Assembly: GCA_050011875.1 (NCBI GenBank)
Contig: JBEKIG010000003.1
Coordinates: 96,001 to 160,000, forward strand
Origin: Nitrososphaeria archaeon
GTDB taxonomy: Archaea > Thermoproteota > Nitrososphaeria > JACIWG01
Direction: 5' to 3'
Length of the DNA stretch: 64,000 bases
The position numbers were made by a program, and so were the translations under genes. The notes below the pieces were generated by a model. The model did not search any database. It had not been told where the DNA came from and worked only from the letters and a program-made list of their open reading frames with translations. Every line of letters starts with the position of its first letter. The first letter of the stretch is position 1. Positions 30,395-40,332 of this stretch are shown here, one piece after another.

Positions 30395-30874
30395 CTATGG
30401 TTCCCTATCCAAATATAATGAAATCTTAGAGAACCATTCGGGGACTTTGATATATTGAATCCTCCTGTAAGGAGTATAGGGTTTGATGTCTATAACAGGG
30501 GTGCCATCGTAAACATCTAAACCACTGACTTTAATGAATCGGCCGTCAAATTCGAGTGTTTTGACGATGCTTACACCCACAGGATTGGGTCTTTTCGGAG
30601 AATCGCTTGCGAAGACCCCGACCTCAGGAAGGATATCGGGTGGTAAACCGGCTTGTTGAAGATGACGGAATCTAATCTTGAGCGTACGTCCGGCCTCAAC
30701 GCTAACTCTATCAAGAAAGGTAATCAGAATAAGATGTGGAAACCCTTCAATGGAATTCAGCCCTTCCCGGAAATCTTGGAACACTTCTATCCTGCCCACC
30801 ACCGAACCTGATTTGGACAAATCTTCATCCTTAACGTCTGTGTGAACAACTCCAATAGGTGTTAAATCGAACAT
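30395..30874 (-). CDS. tsaA: TrmO/TsaA (YaeB) SAM-binding methyltransferase family
   Basis: TPIGVVH, GVFASDSPKRPNPVG, GLDVYDGTPVIDIKPY. Confidence 0.85.
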   Translation of the reverse strand: MFDLTPIGVVHTDVKDEDLSKSGSVVGRIEVFQDFREGLNSIEGFPHLILITFLDRVSVEAGRTLKIRFRHLQQAGLPPDILPEVGVFASDSPKRPNPVGVSIVKTLEFDGRFIKVSGLDVYDGTPVIDIKPYTPYRRIQYIKVPEWFSKISLYLDREP

Positions 30875-31036
30875 GTTGTTATAACCTTAGGCGGCGTTCT
30901 TTAAATCTTTTAGTTATCTGAAATAACGGGAACCAGATGACTTCAATCTGATGAAACTGTATTTTACTATCAAGCTATGTTTGAATTTCAAGAAAAAATC
31001 GTTGGACGAAATAAACGATAGGAAGCAGGTTGGAAT

Positions 31037-31342
31037 CTACAGCCGACCATCTTTCCGCATCCTTTCAAACAGCGCATCAACGTCTTTGCATCTTAATATC
31101 AGAACAGTTTTCCCTGATATACCTAAGCTTGAAACCGTCTCTGAGTCTTCTAGTTTTTGCTTCTTTAACTCTAAAAAATAGAGGTCATCATATGGCAAGT
31201 TGAGGTGTTTTAGAACAGCTTCCTTTATCTTGCTAACTGTTGTAACGGAGTCGACATCCACTTTAACAATGTCTCGTGAAAAGACTGGCTTTTTTGAAGA
31301 ATAGGAATTGGAATAGTCCACAGAAATTGTTAAGCCTGACAT
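31037..31342 (-). CDS. Ubiquitin-like beta-grasp protein lacking a terminal GG
   Basis: VDVDSVTTVSKIKEAV...LP...LELKKQKLEDSETVSSLGI...TVLILR aligns by eye to the ubiquitin core. Confidence 0.7.
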   Translation of the reverse strand: MSGLTISVDYSNSYSSKKPVFSRDIVKVDVDSVTTVSKIKEAVLKHLNLPYDDLYFLELKKQKLEDSETVSSLGISGKTVLILRCKDVDALFERMRKDGRL

Positions 31343-31348
31343 GCTAAT

Positions 31349-32248
31349 CTAAAATGAGTAGCCTGTCTTTCTTGTAATTTCTTCCAACCTTTTTATCCTT
31401 TTTTCAGTTGTTGGGTGTGTACTGAAAAGTTCGAGCATTGAACTGCCCCTGAACGGGTTTGCGATCCATAAAGATGCAGTTGAAGGCGAAGTTTTTAGAG
31501 TAGCGCCGCGGCGTATCATCCCCTCTATCTTTGACAACGCACTTATCAGAGAAAGAGGTTTCTTGGTTAGAATCGCACTCGCCTCATCAGCATAATACTC
31601 TCTGTTTCTGGATATTGCTAACCGAACAAATGACGCAGCTAAAGGTGCTACTATCACCGCCCCAAGAGCAGTCGCGCCACTCCCTTTTCTACCGCCGCCT
31701 CCCGAAAGCATTAACATCATGATAATCATGCCGATATACGAGATGGCTGTCGCAATAGATGCGGCGACTGTTGCAACCAGCATATCTTTGTGAACAACGT
31801 GCCCTATTTCATGGCCTAACACTGCCTCGACTTCGCTGTCATTCATGATATTTAACAGACCAGTTGTCGCGGCCACTATTGCATGGTCCTTATTTCTTCC
31901 GGTTGCAAAAGCATTGGGTTGCGGGCTATCAACTATAGCAATTTTAGGTTTTGGTATTTTAGCTTCATATGCTAACTTGGCAACTATCGCGTGAAGTCTG
32001 GGAGCTTCATTTTCATCAACTATATGGGCGTGAGTAGATGCCATAACCATCTTGTCGCTGGCAAAATACATGACAAAATTGATGCCGACGGCCATCAACA
32101 AAAACAACCCTGCTATTTCAATCCCTCCGATGATATACCCTAACGCTACAAATATACCGCCTAGCACCGCAAATAACAATGTGAGCTTAAGATATGTACT
32201 TAAACTACTTCCAAACGAGAGGCTCATAGATATCAGTTTAAGAGGCAT
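31349..32248 (-). CDS. htpX: Membrane zinc metalloprotease HtpX (M48)
   Basis: PNAFATGR, HEIGH, ISRNREYYAD, FSTHP..EKRI. Confidence 0.95.
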   Translation of the reverse strand: MPLKLISMSLSFGSSLSTYLKLTLLFAVLGGIFVALGYIIGGIEIAGLFLLMAVGINFVMYFASDKMVMASTHAHIVDENEAPRLHAIVAKLAYEAKIPKPKIAIVDSPQPNAFATGRNKDHAIVAATTGLLNIMNDSEVEAVLGHEIGHVVHKDMLVATVAASIATAISYIGMIIMMLMLSGGGGRKGSGATALGAVIVAPLAASFVRLAISRNREYYADEASAILTKKPLSLISALSKIEGMIRRGATLKTSPSTASLWIANPFRGSSMLELFSTHPTTEKRIKRLEEITRKTGYSF

Positions 32249-32475
32249 CTTTAAAACAAGATATAAATGTTACTAAAAACGATATAAAAAGGGTTTAGAA
32301 GTTATTGCTGCCATTTCCAAATCTAGAGAGTTTCCATATTTAACTTAATACGGTTCTAAAATTCGGATTTAAACCATTAAAAAGTTTGTCGGTTCAGTTT
32401 CTTAAAAAATTAAGAACATAAGAGTTTATCAGACCCTTGTACGTCAATTATTTATATTGTACACGATAATGGTGC

Positions 32476-33117
32476 TTGTTGGGATACAGGCTAATATTCT
32501 TTGATCTCGACGGCACATTAATAACATGCAGAAGCAGCTGGCAGCTTATCCATCAAAGATTTGGCACCTTGGATCAAGCGAAAAAATCTCTTGAAGAGTA
32601 TCGGAGCGGAAAGATCTCGTATCAAGAATTTATGGTTAAGGATACGTCCTCTTGGCTGAACAAAAGGGGGAGAATACGCCTCAAAGAAATAGAGGAGATC
32701 TTGTCAAAATATAGGTTTAAAAGTGGAGTGAAAGATGTGATACTAAACCTTAGAGAAAAAGGCCTTAGTGTGATAATAGTAACAGCTGGACTAAACCTAC
32801 TAGCAGAAAAGGTTGGGAAAGAGCTTGGTGCGGATGTCGTTCTATCGAATAGGCTTCGGGTAGACAGTCAAAACTTTCTAGCAGGTGGAGGCTTGGATAT
32901 CGTTGATCCCCTAAAAAAAGACATGTTATTAAAAAAGGTCTCAGAAGAGCGGAGGGTCCCTTTAAGGGAAACTGTAGCTGTCGGGGATACCGTATACGAC
33001 TTGACTATGCTACAAGCAGCGGGTTTAGGGTTGTACTTTGGAAAAGTTAGGGATATAAAACATTCCAATATTAAACCAATTCGAAACTTTTACGAAATAC
33101 TTGATTTTATTAAATGA
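32476..33117 (+). CDS. HAD-superfamily phosphatase (phosphoserine phosphatase-like, subfamily IB)
   Basis: FFDLDGTL, IVTAG, K, AVGDTVYD. Confidence 0.85.
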   Translation: MLGYRLIFFDLDGTLITCRSSWQLIHQRFGTLDQAKKSLEEYRSGKISYQEFMVKDTSSWLNKRGRIRLKEIEEILSKYRFKSGVKDVILNLREKGLSVIIVTAGLNLLAEKVGKELGADVVLSNRLRVDSQNFLAGGGLDIVDPLKKDMLLKKVSEERRVPLRETVAVGDTVYDLTMLQAAGLGLYFGKVRDIKHSNIKPIRNFYEILDFIK

Positions 33118-33322
33118 AACTGGTCAATTCACGTCTGTTCTCAGTCGCAAAACACTGAGAGGCTAAAACAGAACTTACTTTCATTTCCCCTTCAAAAAGA
33201 TAGTGATAATGCTTTTGTATATCACTTTATAATGGTTTTACAATAATTTTCAAGATTCTATTTAATAATTATCTAAGAAAGAAAACTATATAACGGCATG
33301 ACCAGTAGTTCCTTCGAAGATT

Positions 33323-33934
33323 ATGGAAAAAACTACTGTATATACTCTACCGAAGTTGCCATATGGCTACTCAGATTTAGCGCCAAACATATCGGAGGAG
33401 CAGTTGAGAATACACCACACAAAACACCATCAAGGATACGTCAATAACATAAATGCGGCTTTCGAAAAACTGGATAAGGCAATAAAAGAAGGCACGGACA
33501 TCGACAGGAAAGCGTTCTGGAAAGATGTGTCCTTCAACTTGGGCGGACATGTTCTACATTCCCTATTCTGGCCAAATATGGCACCGGCGGGCAAGGGGGG
33601 TGGAAGTCCTGGTGGAAAACTTGCCGACCACATAAATGTTAGCTTTGGAAGCCTTGAAAGGTTCAAAAAAGAATTTACACAGACAGCGAATACTGTAGAA
33701 GGCTCTGGATGGGCAGCGCTCACCTTTTCTCCAGAATCCAACAGACTTGCTATCATGCAGATAGAGAAACATAATGTTAATGTTTTCCCAAATCACTCCA
33801 TACTGATGGTTCTTGATGTCTGGGAACACGCATACTACATTGACTACAAGAATGAAAGATCCAAGTTCGTGGAAGCATTTTGGAACGTCGTAAACTGGAA
33901 TGAAGTAAGCAAAAGACTTGAGAAATTGATTTAA
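33323..33934 (+). CDS. sod: Fe/Mn superoxide dismutase
   Basis: [32 protein letters not shown]. Confidence 0.97.
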   Translation: MEKTTVYTLPKLPYGYSDLAPNISEEQLRIHHTKHHQGYVNNINAAFEKLDKAIKEGTDIDRKAFWKDVSFNLGGHVLHSLFWPNMAPAGKGGGSPGGKLADHINVSFGSLERFKKEFTQTANTVEGSGWAALTFSPESNRLAIMQIEKHNVNVFPNHSILMVLDVWEHAYYIDYKNERSKFVEAFWNVVNWNEVSKRLEKLI

Positions 33935-34112
33935 AAAATATTTCCACCCAATCCCTTTTTATTTTATTAATCAGATCAGTCTTTTATTTCCAACTATGTT
34001 CAATTGAAATTGTCGCTCCCTTACCTTTGAAAAAGCTTTGTCCATTTCGCATCTAAGAGCTTTTATTTCAACATTCCTTTTATATTTTGTTCCTTTAGAA
34101 TGTTCTTTAATT

Positions 34113-35540
34113 TTATTTAATATTTGCTATAAATCCATGCGTCACGTCAGCAATTGATCGAATAAGTGGATGCCTGATTTTTGAGGGATCTTTAATTTTT
34201 TCTAACCTGTGCACTCTAAAGTACATGGGTGGGTGAGCCTCCAAACTTAACCATTCCTGGATTCGGTAGGACCGCATTCGTTCCAAAATAAGCCTCTTGA
34301 AACCTATCTTCTGGAGAGCTTCTGCTAGAACCTGCGGTTGCTGGATTACAATAGCCGAAATAAGGTCGGCTCTGGCTTCAAGACATTTTGCTACGGAAAA
34401 GAAGATGGCTGAGATAGCCCAAAAGTATATGAAGAAAAGTAAGAGGGATGAAACAAAGGGTATAAACACAAAGAAGTAGACAAGGTACTGAATTGCATTT
34501 AGGCCATACAGTAAAAGCGGGTCTCGTCCTTTTAAATGTCCGAACTCGTGACCTAAGACGCTTACGATCTCAGCTTCTTCGAGCTGAACAAGAAGACCTG
34601 TCGTAATCATGACGAGTCCGCGACTTGGGCTAGGCCCTGACGCAGACGCGTTAGGGAGTAAAGTATTTGCAACAACAATTTTAGGCATCTTGAATCCAAA
34701 TTTGTCCGCTGTAGTTTTGACCATCTGGTAGACGTTTACTTTTTTAGAAGACAAATCCTCTGGCCTGCAATATAGTCCGTATTTGGCAAAGATCTCGTTA
34801 ACTGTTTGGCAGTCAATTTCTCCATCTTTTAAAACCGTCTTCTCGTATACTTCACGCTTGAGTGCAATTAGCTGTTCTTTTGTAAATTTTTTCCTGATCA
34901 TATCAGCTTCCTGTGAAGGTAAGTGATATTCAAGAAAATGGATGGTGGGATTGCGCTCTGTTATTCGCCAATCCCCTACCCTGCCGACAATTTTGCTCGA
35001 GTAAAGGACAACGACCAATTGAATACCTAAAAAAGGAATCAGGGCGTAACTTCCTAAAAACGCGAAAACCACTATACCGACGCCAATGAACAGAATTAGA
35101 ATGAGAATCTGTGTCTCCATTAATAGCCGGTTAAGAGACCTTTCTTTTCCAGTAACACGTTCTGGAACTATCTTTTCACCCTCCCCCCATGCGAAAAATA
35201 AAGTGCTCTTTCTAATTTGCTCTTCAAAAAGGTCGATCGCGATTTCGACGTCTTCTTTTTCTTCAATAATCTTTTCTTCCGTCACCGTGTCGTCATAGGT
35301 CTTTATAATGATCTGTATAGGCTCACTAGCTATAATCTTCTCGTCAAACTTCTGCCCACTTTTCGGAACTGTAAAGCTGTAGGAAAGGTAAGGATCACCA
35401 TCAGTTGTATCCTTTAAGACGTTTTCGAACATCTTTTCCTGGGGTAGAATGTATCTTTGATATATGAAATCCAAAAGATTTATTCTAAGGTTAGGAGATA
35501 TTTTTGTTCCAACTGTGTAGGTAAAAGTTCTTTCGGTCAT
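34113..35540 (-). CDS. HtpX-like M48 metalloprotease with a long N-terminal extension
   Basis: PNASASG, TTGLL, HEFGH, EARAD, HPP..FRV; about 250 extra N-terminal residues including TM helices. Confidence 0.85.
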   Translation of the reverse strand: MTERTFTYTVGTKISPNLRINLLDFIYQRYILPQEKMFENVLKDTTDGDPYLSYSFTVPKSGQKFDEKIIASEPIQIIIKTYDDTVTEEKIIEEKEDVEIAIDLFEEQIRKSTLFFAWGEGEKIVPERVTGKERSLNRLLMETQILILILFIGVGIVVFAFLGSYALIPFLGIQLVVVLYSSKIVGRVGDWRITERNPTIHFLEYHLPSQEADMIRKKFTKEQLIALKREVYEKTVLKDGEIDCQTVNEIFAKYGLYCRPEDLSSKKVNVYQMVKTTADKFGFKMPKIVVANTLLPNASASGPSPSRGLVMITTGLLVQLEEAEIVSVLGHEFGHLKGRDPLLLYGLNAIQYLVYFFVFIPFVSSLLLFFIYFWAISAIFFSVAKCLEARADLISAIVIQQPQVLAEALQKIGFKRLILERMRSYRIQEWLSLEAHPPMYFRVHRLEKIKDPSKIRHPLIRSIADVTHGFIANIK

Positions 35541-35741
35541 CCTTATGTTATGTACACTTCTTTATGTGTTTATAAATTTTGACTTTAGGGTCCCTTAAAT
35601 GGAATCTTTGCAATTGTGATTATTGACGATTATCAAGATGTTAAACAGTCTTAAGAACAATAACGCCTTAAAAATTTCGTCATAAATTAGCTCTTTTTTT
35701 CATTTTGACTTTAACAAATTTCTTAATTCTAGACTTGATCG

Positions 35742-36080
35742 TTAAGTGTTCCGGACACGGGGCAATCCTTTTTTTGTTCTAGAAAATCTTTTAGGTAGGA
35801 ACAATAAACCGTCAAATAATAGCCCGGTGGTGCAGCGGCCAAGCACAGCGGCCTCTGGAGCCGCAAACACCAGTTCGAATCTGGTCCGGGCTACCACATC
35901 ACCCTTTGATCTATTTTGGATTTCAAAGTTGTTTTGTGGGATAGTATTAATACCAGTATTAACACCGATTAGTTTCTCTATGAGTTTAGAACAACTTAAT
36001 TTGTTTTCTTGTGCGATATTCATTAATGCTCTATGAACTTTGTTTGAAACAATAATATGAGTATAACCCAGTTTAGTCAT
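35742..36080 (-). pseudogene. Probable N-terminal fragment of a tRNA-split (SSV-type) integrase
   Basis: An RHH-like start (YTHIIVSNKVHRALMNIA...SKLIEKL) continues in frame through the antisense tRNA (VVARTRFELV...). Confidence 0.6.
35821..35896 (+). tRNA. tRNA-Gln(CTG), intronless, CCA encoded
   Basis: Acceptor stem AGCCCGG/CCGGGCT, anticodon arm GCGGC-CTCTGGA-GCCGC, T-loop TTCGAAT, 3' ACCA. Confidence 0.96.
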
Positions 36081-36326
36081 TGCTTTCCATCGGTTTTATC
36101 AAGAAACATCCTCTGCTAAAAATATTTCCTTATTAATAAACAAAGATTCTAATGCGGTTTCACATATGCATGAAATTTCTAAGATTATACAACTTATATT
36201 AATGATAAACTTGGTTTAATTAAAGCTAATTAAATTGATCTTTTTATCCACAATATTGATCGTTTCATATTTATATAATAAACAGGCTTACATTTTTAAG
36301 CATAAGACTTAACAATCATCACATAT

Positions 36327-36635
36327 GTGATGAAGATGTTCTACGATCCAAGTATGGTTAAAAAAAAGGACGGTGCTGAAGCAAGGGCACAAAGGATGAG
36401 ATGGTTGTTAAACTTCATTAGGGAACATCCTGAAGGAACACCTCAAAAAAGACTAACTGCGATAACCTCCCTTAATTTAGGATTATCTCCAGAAAAAATA
36501 GAAGAATATTTAGATCAATTTATCAGCCTTAATTTAGTTGAAATACGACTTGGAACTATTTATCCTCTCACAGAGGAGGTCAAAGAAGAAAAAAATGTAG
36601 AGAAAAAAGGCGATTCATGTATAACATTAATTTGA
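36327..36635 (+). CDS. Small winged-helix DNA-binding protein, MGE type
   Basis: LLNFIREHP.G...LNLGLSPEKIEEYLDQF...LVEIRLGTIY follows a wHTH pattern. Confidence 0.55.
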   Translation: MMKMFYDPSMVKKKDGAEARAQRMRWLLNFIREHPEGTPQKRLTAITSLNLGLSPEKIEEYLDQFISLNLVEIRLGTIYPLTEEVKEEKNVEKKGDSCITLI

Positions 36636-36737
36636 TAATTTCTAATACTCTTCTCATGTTCAATAATTTCTATTTATCTTACTTTATTATGAAATAACAT
36701 CATATTGTTTGTATATATTTGTGTGTGTTTATGGCTT

Positions 36738-36800
36738 GGGGTACCCCCCCCTCGCCTAATAGAGAACTCCTACTACTATTACTACTACTCCTACTATCTA
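36738..36800. repeat. GGGGTACCCC palindrome, C-run and (CTA)n microsatellite
   Basis: Read directly: ggggtacccccccc...ctcctactactattactactactcctacta. Confidence 0.7.
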
Positions 36801-37604
36801 TCTAAAAAACAAATTTTTCTCGATATTTATAAAATCATAATGTGCTATTATCCATAACTTTTCTTTATAATCATCACATTTGAACCATTTTGAGACCTTC
36901 TCGTTAATATGAATTAGATTTAGGGGTTGCAACAACACATAAATTAATAACATGCCTGCAAATGAAACATAAAAAGAAAAAGATGCAACTGATTCTATTA
37001 CGTTATTTGAAAAAAGTGCATTGGAAAAACCTAATAGAAAAGGTGTTGATATTGTAAACATAATAAATAAAAAAGGGAAAAACATAATCCACATTATTTT
37101 ACTATTAACATTCTTATCAGTACTCACCATAAAAATAGAGTTTATGATGATATAAAATAATCCAAAATTAAAAAAATTATATATTAAAGGTAATGTGAAA
37201 AATGCGATAATTATTTTTTGTTCAATGACGTATTGGGTTTGAGTTAAGAAAAGTATACTCCCAGCAAATAAGGCTATGGATATGAAAAATATGCAAACAT
37301 AATATCCAGATTTAGTCAAATTGTCAATTATTTTCAATGCTATTTTTTTTCGCCCACTCTTGAAAGATACGTGGACAGAGTGTCTTATCACCATTGATGA
37401 TATATATACCAATGTATAAAGAGGAACCAATAAAGTTAAAATTCTCAGAGCCAATGGAACAATTGGCAACAAGAATGCAAAAGTTATTAACAAAAAGCAT
37501 GTTATACATAATAGAACGTAATACAAACCTTTTATTAATTGATTGAATCTTCCCATCATAAGACTATAATATTTTGAATAACAAACAATATATAAAATTA
37601 TCAA
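36798..37604 (-). CDS. Hypothetical multi-pass membrane protein, very AT-rich
   Basis: 268-aa ORF with about 6 hydrophobic segments; no family recognised. Confidence 0.5.
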   Translation of the reverse strand: MIILYIVCYSKYYSLMMGRFNQLIKGLYYVLLCITCFLLITFAFLLPIVPLALRILTLLVPLYTLVYISSMVIRHSVHVSFKSGRKKIALKIIDNLTKSGYYVCIFFISIALFAGSILFLTQTQYVIEQKIIIAFFTLPLIYNFFNFGLFYIIINSIFMVSTDKNVNSKIMWIMFFPFLFIMFTISTPFLLGFSNALFSNNVIESVASFSFYVSFAGMLLIYVLLQPLNLIHINEKVSKWFKCDDYKEKLWIIAHYDFINIEKNLFFR

Positions 37605-38039
37605 GTTCTGTCATATGTTGCAAATAGCTTAAAAGACTAATTAACGAGTTCATAGAAATAATTTTTAAAATAAAAAGAAAAGATTTTGAACGAAGAAAAA
37701 TAGTAGAGAGAGAAAATGAGATTAAGGATACAAGTGTTATAATGATAGATTATAATAAAGGAAATCCTTCGCATATACACTGTAAAATATGTGATAACCA
37801 ATGGCGTGAAGGAGACAAAGATTTACAAGAAAAATTTGATATAGAATTATGTTTCATCCCGTGTAATTAGTTTAAAATGCAAGAACTGTAATAGGAAGGT
37901 TGATTTACATTAATGAGATATGTTTTATAATCTTGATTAAAGAACATTTCAGTATGCTTTAAGAACGACCTGAAGTAACAAATAAAAATGCTATTAACCC
38001 TATTGCTATAAATAATAATAAATAATAATGCTATTTCTT

Positions 38040-38891
38040 TTAAGACATCTGGAGATAAAGCTCTTGAAGTCCTTGAAGAACTTGCTGGGTGATCATTAGG
38101 AATTTGTCTAATAGCTGCACTAATGGCAAGGCTTTGGTATAATATTTCAACGGGTTTAGCTTATTCCTTCCGAATTTGTATCTTGATCGGGACACGTGAG
38201 GATAGAAGACTATGAAAAGCCATGACAATACGGGATAGAAGTCAAAGTAATGAAGTTGAAACATTTTTTTAATCCGATAGAACTGTTCATCCATGGTTGT
38301 GTTCAGTTCCTCCTTGGATGGCAGATTTCTTCCTTGCATGCGAGCTCCTGCGATCTTTGACATAAATGCACTTATCTCGCCATCTTTTCCTTTCATTAAG
38401 GCTTCCTCAACTGTTTTCCAATCATCCCTTATCTTTTGGATAGTTGTTAGAACCTGCTTCAAATCCTCCATGGAACTGGACATCTTCCAGCGTTCTATTA
38501 GCTCTTGATGCAGCTCTTTCTCCTGCTCCTCCTTTATGCTTACTTCTCTATATTTATTCAACCAGTCACCCGAAGTATATTCTTTGAATTCAGGGTATTT
38601 CTCAAGTATCGCAATATCATGAAAAAACTTTTCGTTCATTATGAGGTAGATCTTCCACGCCTCATGTCTCAACTTTGTCACTTCTTCCTCGGTCATTATT
38701 CCATGCCATATCGCCCAAGACTTGAGGGCAATTTCAATGCTCTGCTCCAGATAAAAGACAGATTGGCAATAGTGTTTACCTTCCAGAAGGTATTTAGATG
38801 CTTCTAAATCACTCTTGGAGATATTTAACAAGTTCGTGGCTGTTCTTGTTCGCTTATCCATTGCATGATGCCATGATCCCAAATCACCCAC
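38040..38891 (-). CDS. HEPN-domain protein with a large helical insertion
   Basis: DLEASKYLL....Y.QSVFYLEQSIEIALKS, a downstream His (LRH) and C-terminal SRSRY. Confidence 0.7.
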   Translation of the reverse strand: MGDLGSWHHAMDKRTRTATNLLNISKSDLEASKYLLEGKHYCQSVFYLEQSIEIALKSWAIWHGIMTEEEVTKLRHEAWKIYLIMNEKFFHDIAILEKYPEFKEYTSGDWLNKYREVSIKEEQEKELHQELIERWKMSSSMEDLKQVLTTIQKIRDDWKTVEEALMKGKDGEISAFMSKIAGARMQGRNLPSKEELNTTMDEQFYRIKKMFQLHYFDFYPVLSWLFIVFYPHVSRSRYKFGRNKLNPLKYYTKALPLVQLLDKFLMITQQVLQGLQELYLQMS

Positions 38892-39139
38892 GGATATTTA
38901 AGAATGATAGAACAGATTACGTGTCTAAGACCTTCAATTTTGCTTTGTCATATATTTTAACAAGAAGCCCAAGACCTTATAGTCCGCTTTTAACTCCCCA
39001 TTTTTAACTAACTCTTTTTATCGTCTCTATCCTCTTGAAAATATTGAAAATAGTTCTGAATAATAAATTTAATAATATACGCCTGATAAAAATGCGCATG
39101 AAAAACTCAGAAGGAAAAAAAGGGGGAAATGTCCTGAAT

Positions 39140-40324
39140 ATGGAACGAAAAATAGTAAAATTGACGTCGGTTTCTTCTGTGTTTAGAGAAGCAGCGTCTA
39201 CAGAAGTAGACATCAAGAACATCGAGGTAAACTACCGCGGAGTCTTCCAGAAGACACTTGCACGAAGGATATGCAAGCCCATCGTTTATGCCGCAAAGGA
39301 GGAAGGCAAGACTGGGTTCGGTTACGGAAGGTACAGTGATGCTCCCGAACGAGATGGGGTTCCCTGTAAATACTTCGCAGTAGTTGCGGACCTTACCGAG
39401 GAGGATCTCGAGGCAGAAGCTGGCGGGAAGGTAGAACCCAACGACGTTGACGTCAGTATCGTAGTTGACGATACCATGACTAAGGGAGTGGAACCATGGG
39501 CTTACTCGGGCATACGCCCGATCAGCGAGAAAGTTAAAACAGGAGGTACGCTGCTTGTTGTTTCCGAACGAAACCCTCTAGAGCTCCTAAAGAATGTCGA
39601 GAAGAAGAAATTTCCGTACAAGATTGCCGTCGTACCTGGTATGCACAGCTTTTCGGGATTATGGGTATACAAGGACGATCTTACAGATGTGCGTGTTCTG
39701 GGTGCATTGGCGCGTGTTGATTCAGACATCGTCAGTTTGCAGTCGATAAAGAAAGTAGTTGGAGAGCAGCAAGGCGAGGAAAGGGTCAGAGCTGTGGAAG
39801 ATGGTTACAACTCGGTCGTTATCAAGAGCATTGCACCTGGCGAAGGCATCGTCTGGCCGTACAAACTTCCAGAACTTCCAAAGTGGCATGAATTCCAAGA
39901 AGGGATCGTCGTAAAGCCGGTCAAGAGAGGCGGAAGAAACGAGGACTACAAGCGGTTTACAACCAGGACTATGCGTCCTGTCATCAGATTCGACAAGTGC
40001 ATAAAATGCGATCGCTGCTGGTACACATGTCCTGACGAGTGCTTCGATCCGACTCCTGAAGGGTTATTTGACGTGAACTACAACTACTGTGTTGGGTGTG
40101 GCAGGTGCGCTGAGGTATGCCCTGTGCCCAATACGATCGTGATGATCGATGAACTAAAATTCGACACCAACGAAAGTCCTTATCAGAAGTTCAAAGAAAG
40201 CAAAGATGCATACACCAACTGGGCTGAGGAGAAGAAAGGCAAGACAAGGGTCAACTACCCATTCGTCACCGGAACGGGGTTGTCAGTAGAGGAGGCTAAG
40301 ACGAAAAGTGAGGAGAAGAGGTAG
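39140..40324 (+). CDS. 2-oxoacid:ferredoxin oxidoreductase gamma-delta fusion subunit (oxalate oxidoreductase delta-like)
   Basis: Domain III-like N-part plus CIKCDRCWYTCP and CVGCGRCAEVCP (two 4Fe-4S clusters). The start codon is uncertain (39140 or 39161). Confidence 0.88.
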   Translation: MERKIVKLTSVSSVFREAASTEVDIKNIEVNYRGVFQKTLARRICKPIVYAAKEEGKTGFGYGRYSDAPERDGVPCKYFAVVADLTEEDLEAEAGGKVEPNDVDVSIVVDDTMTKGVEPWAYSGIRPISEKVKTGGTLLVVSERNPLELLKNVEKKKFPYKIAVVPGMHSFSGLWVYKDDLTDVRVLGALARVDSDIVSLQSIKKVVGEQQGEERVRAVEDGYNSVVIKSIAPGEGIVWPYKLPELPKWHEFQEGIVVKPVKRGGRNEDYKRFTTRTMRPVIRFDKCIKCDRCWYTCPDECFDPTPEGLFDVNYNYCVGCGRCAEVCPVPNTIVMIDELKFDTNESPYQKFKESKDAYTNWAEEKKGKTRVNYPFVTGTGLSVEEAKTKSEEKR

Positions 40325-40332
40325 ATAGAGAT

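Noticed and set aside
32352-32370. GGTTCTAAAATTCGG, resembling an Lrp/LysM-type box
   Set aside because: The match is imperfect, it is far from the Arg/Lys genes, and no matching copy was seen in their promoters.
33202-33226. Inverted repeat AGTGATA-N11-TATCACT upstream of sod
   Set aside because: It is a plausible operator, but it is a single instance in AT-rich DNA with no cognate regulator nearby.
37682-37870. Open frame with CxxC and two more Cys (HCKICD...LCFIPCN)
   Set aside because: It has no convincing start and is too short to assign; it is probably an island gene fragment.
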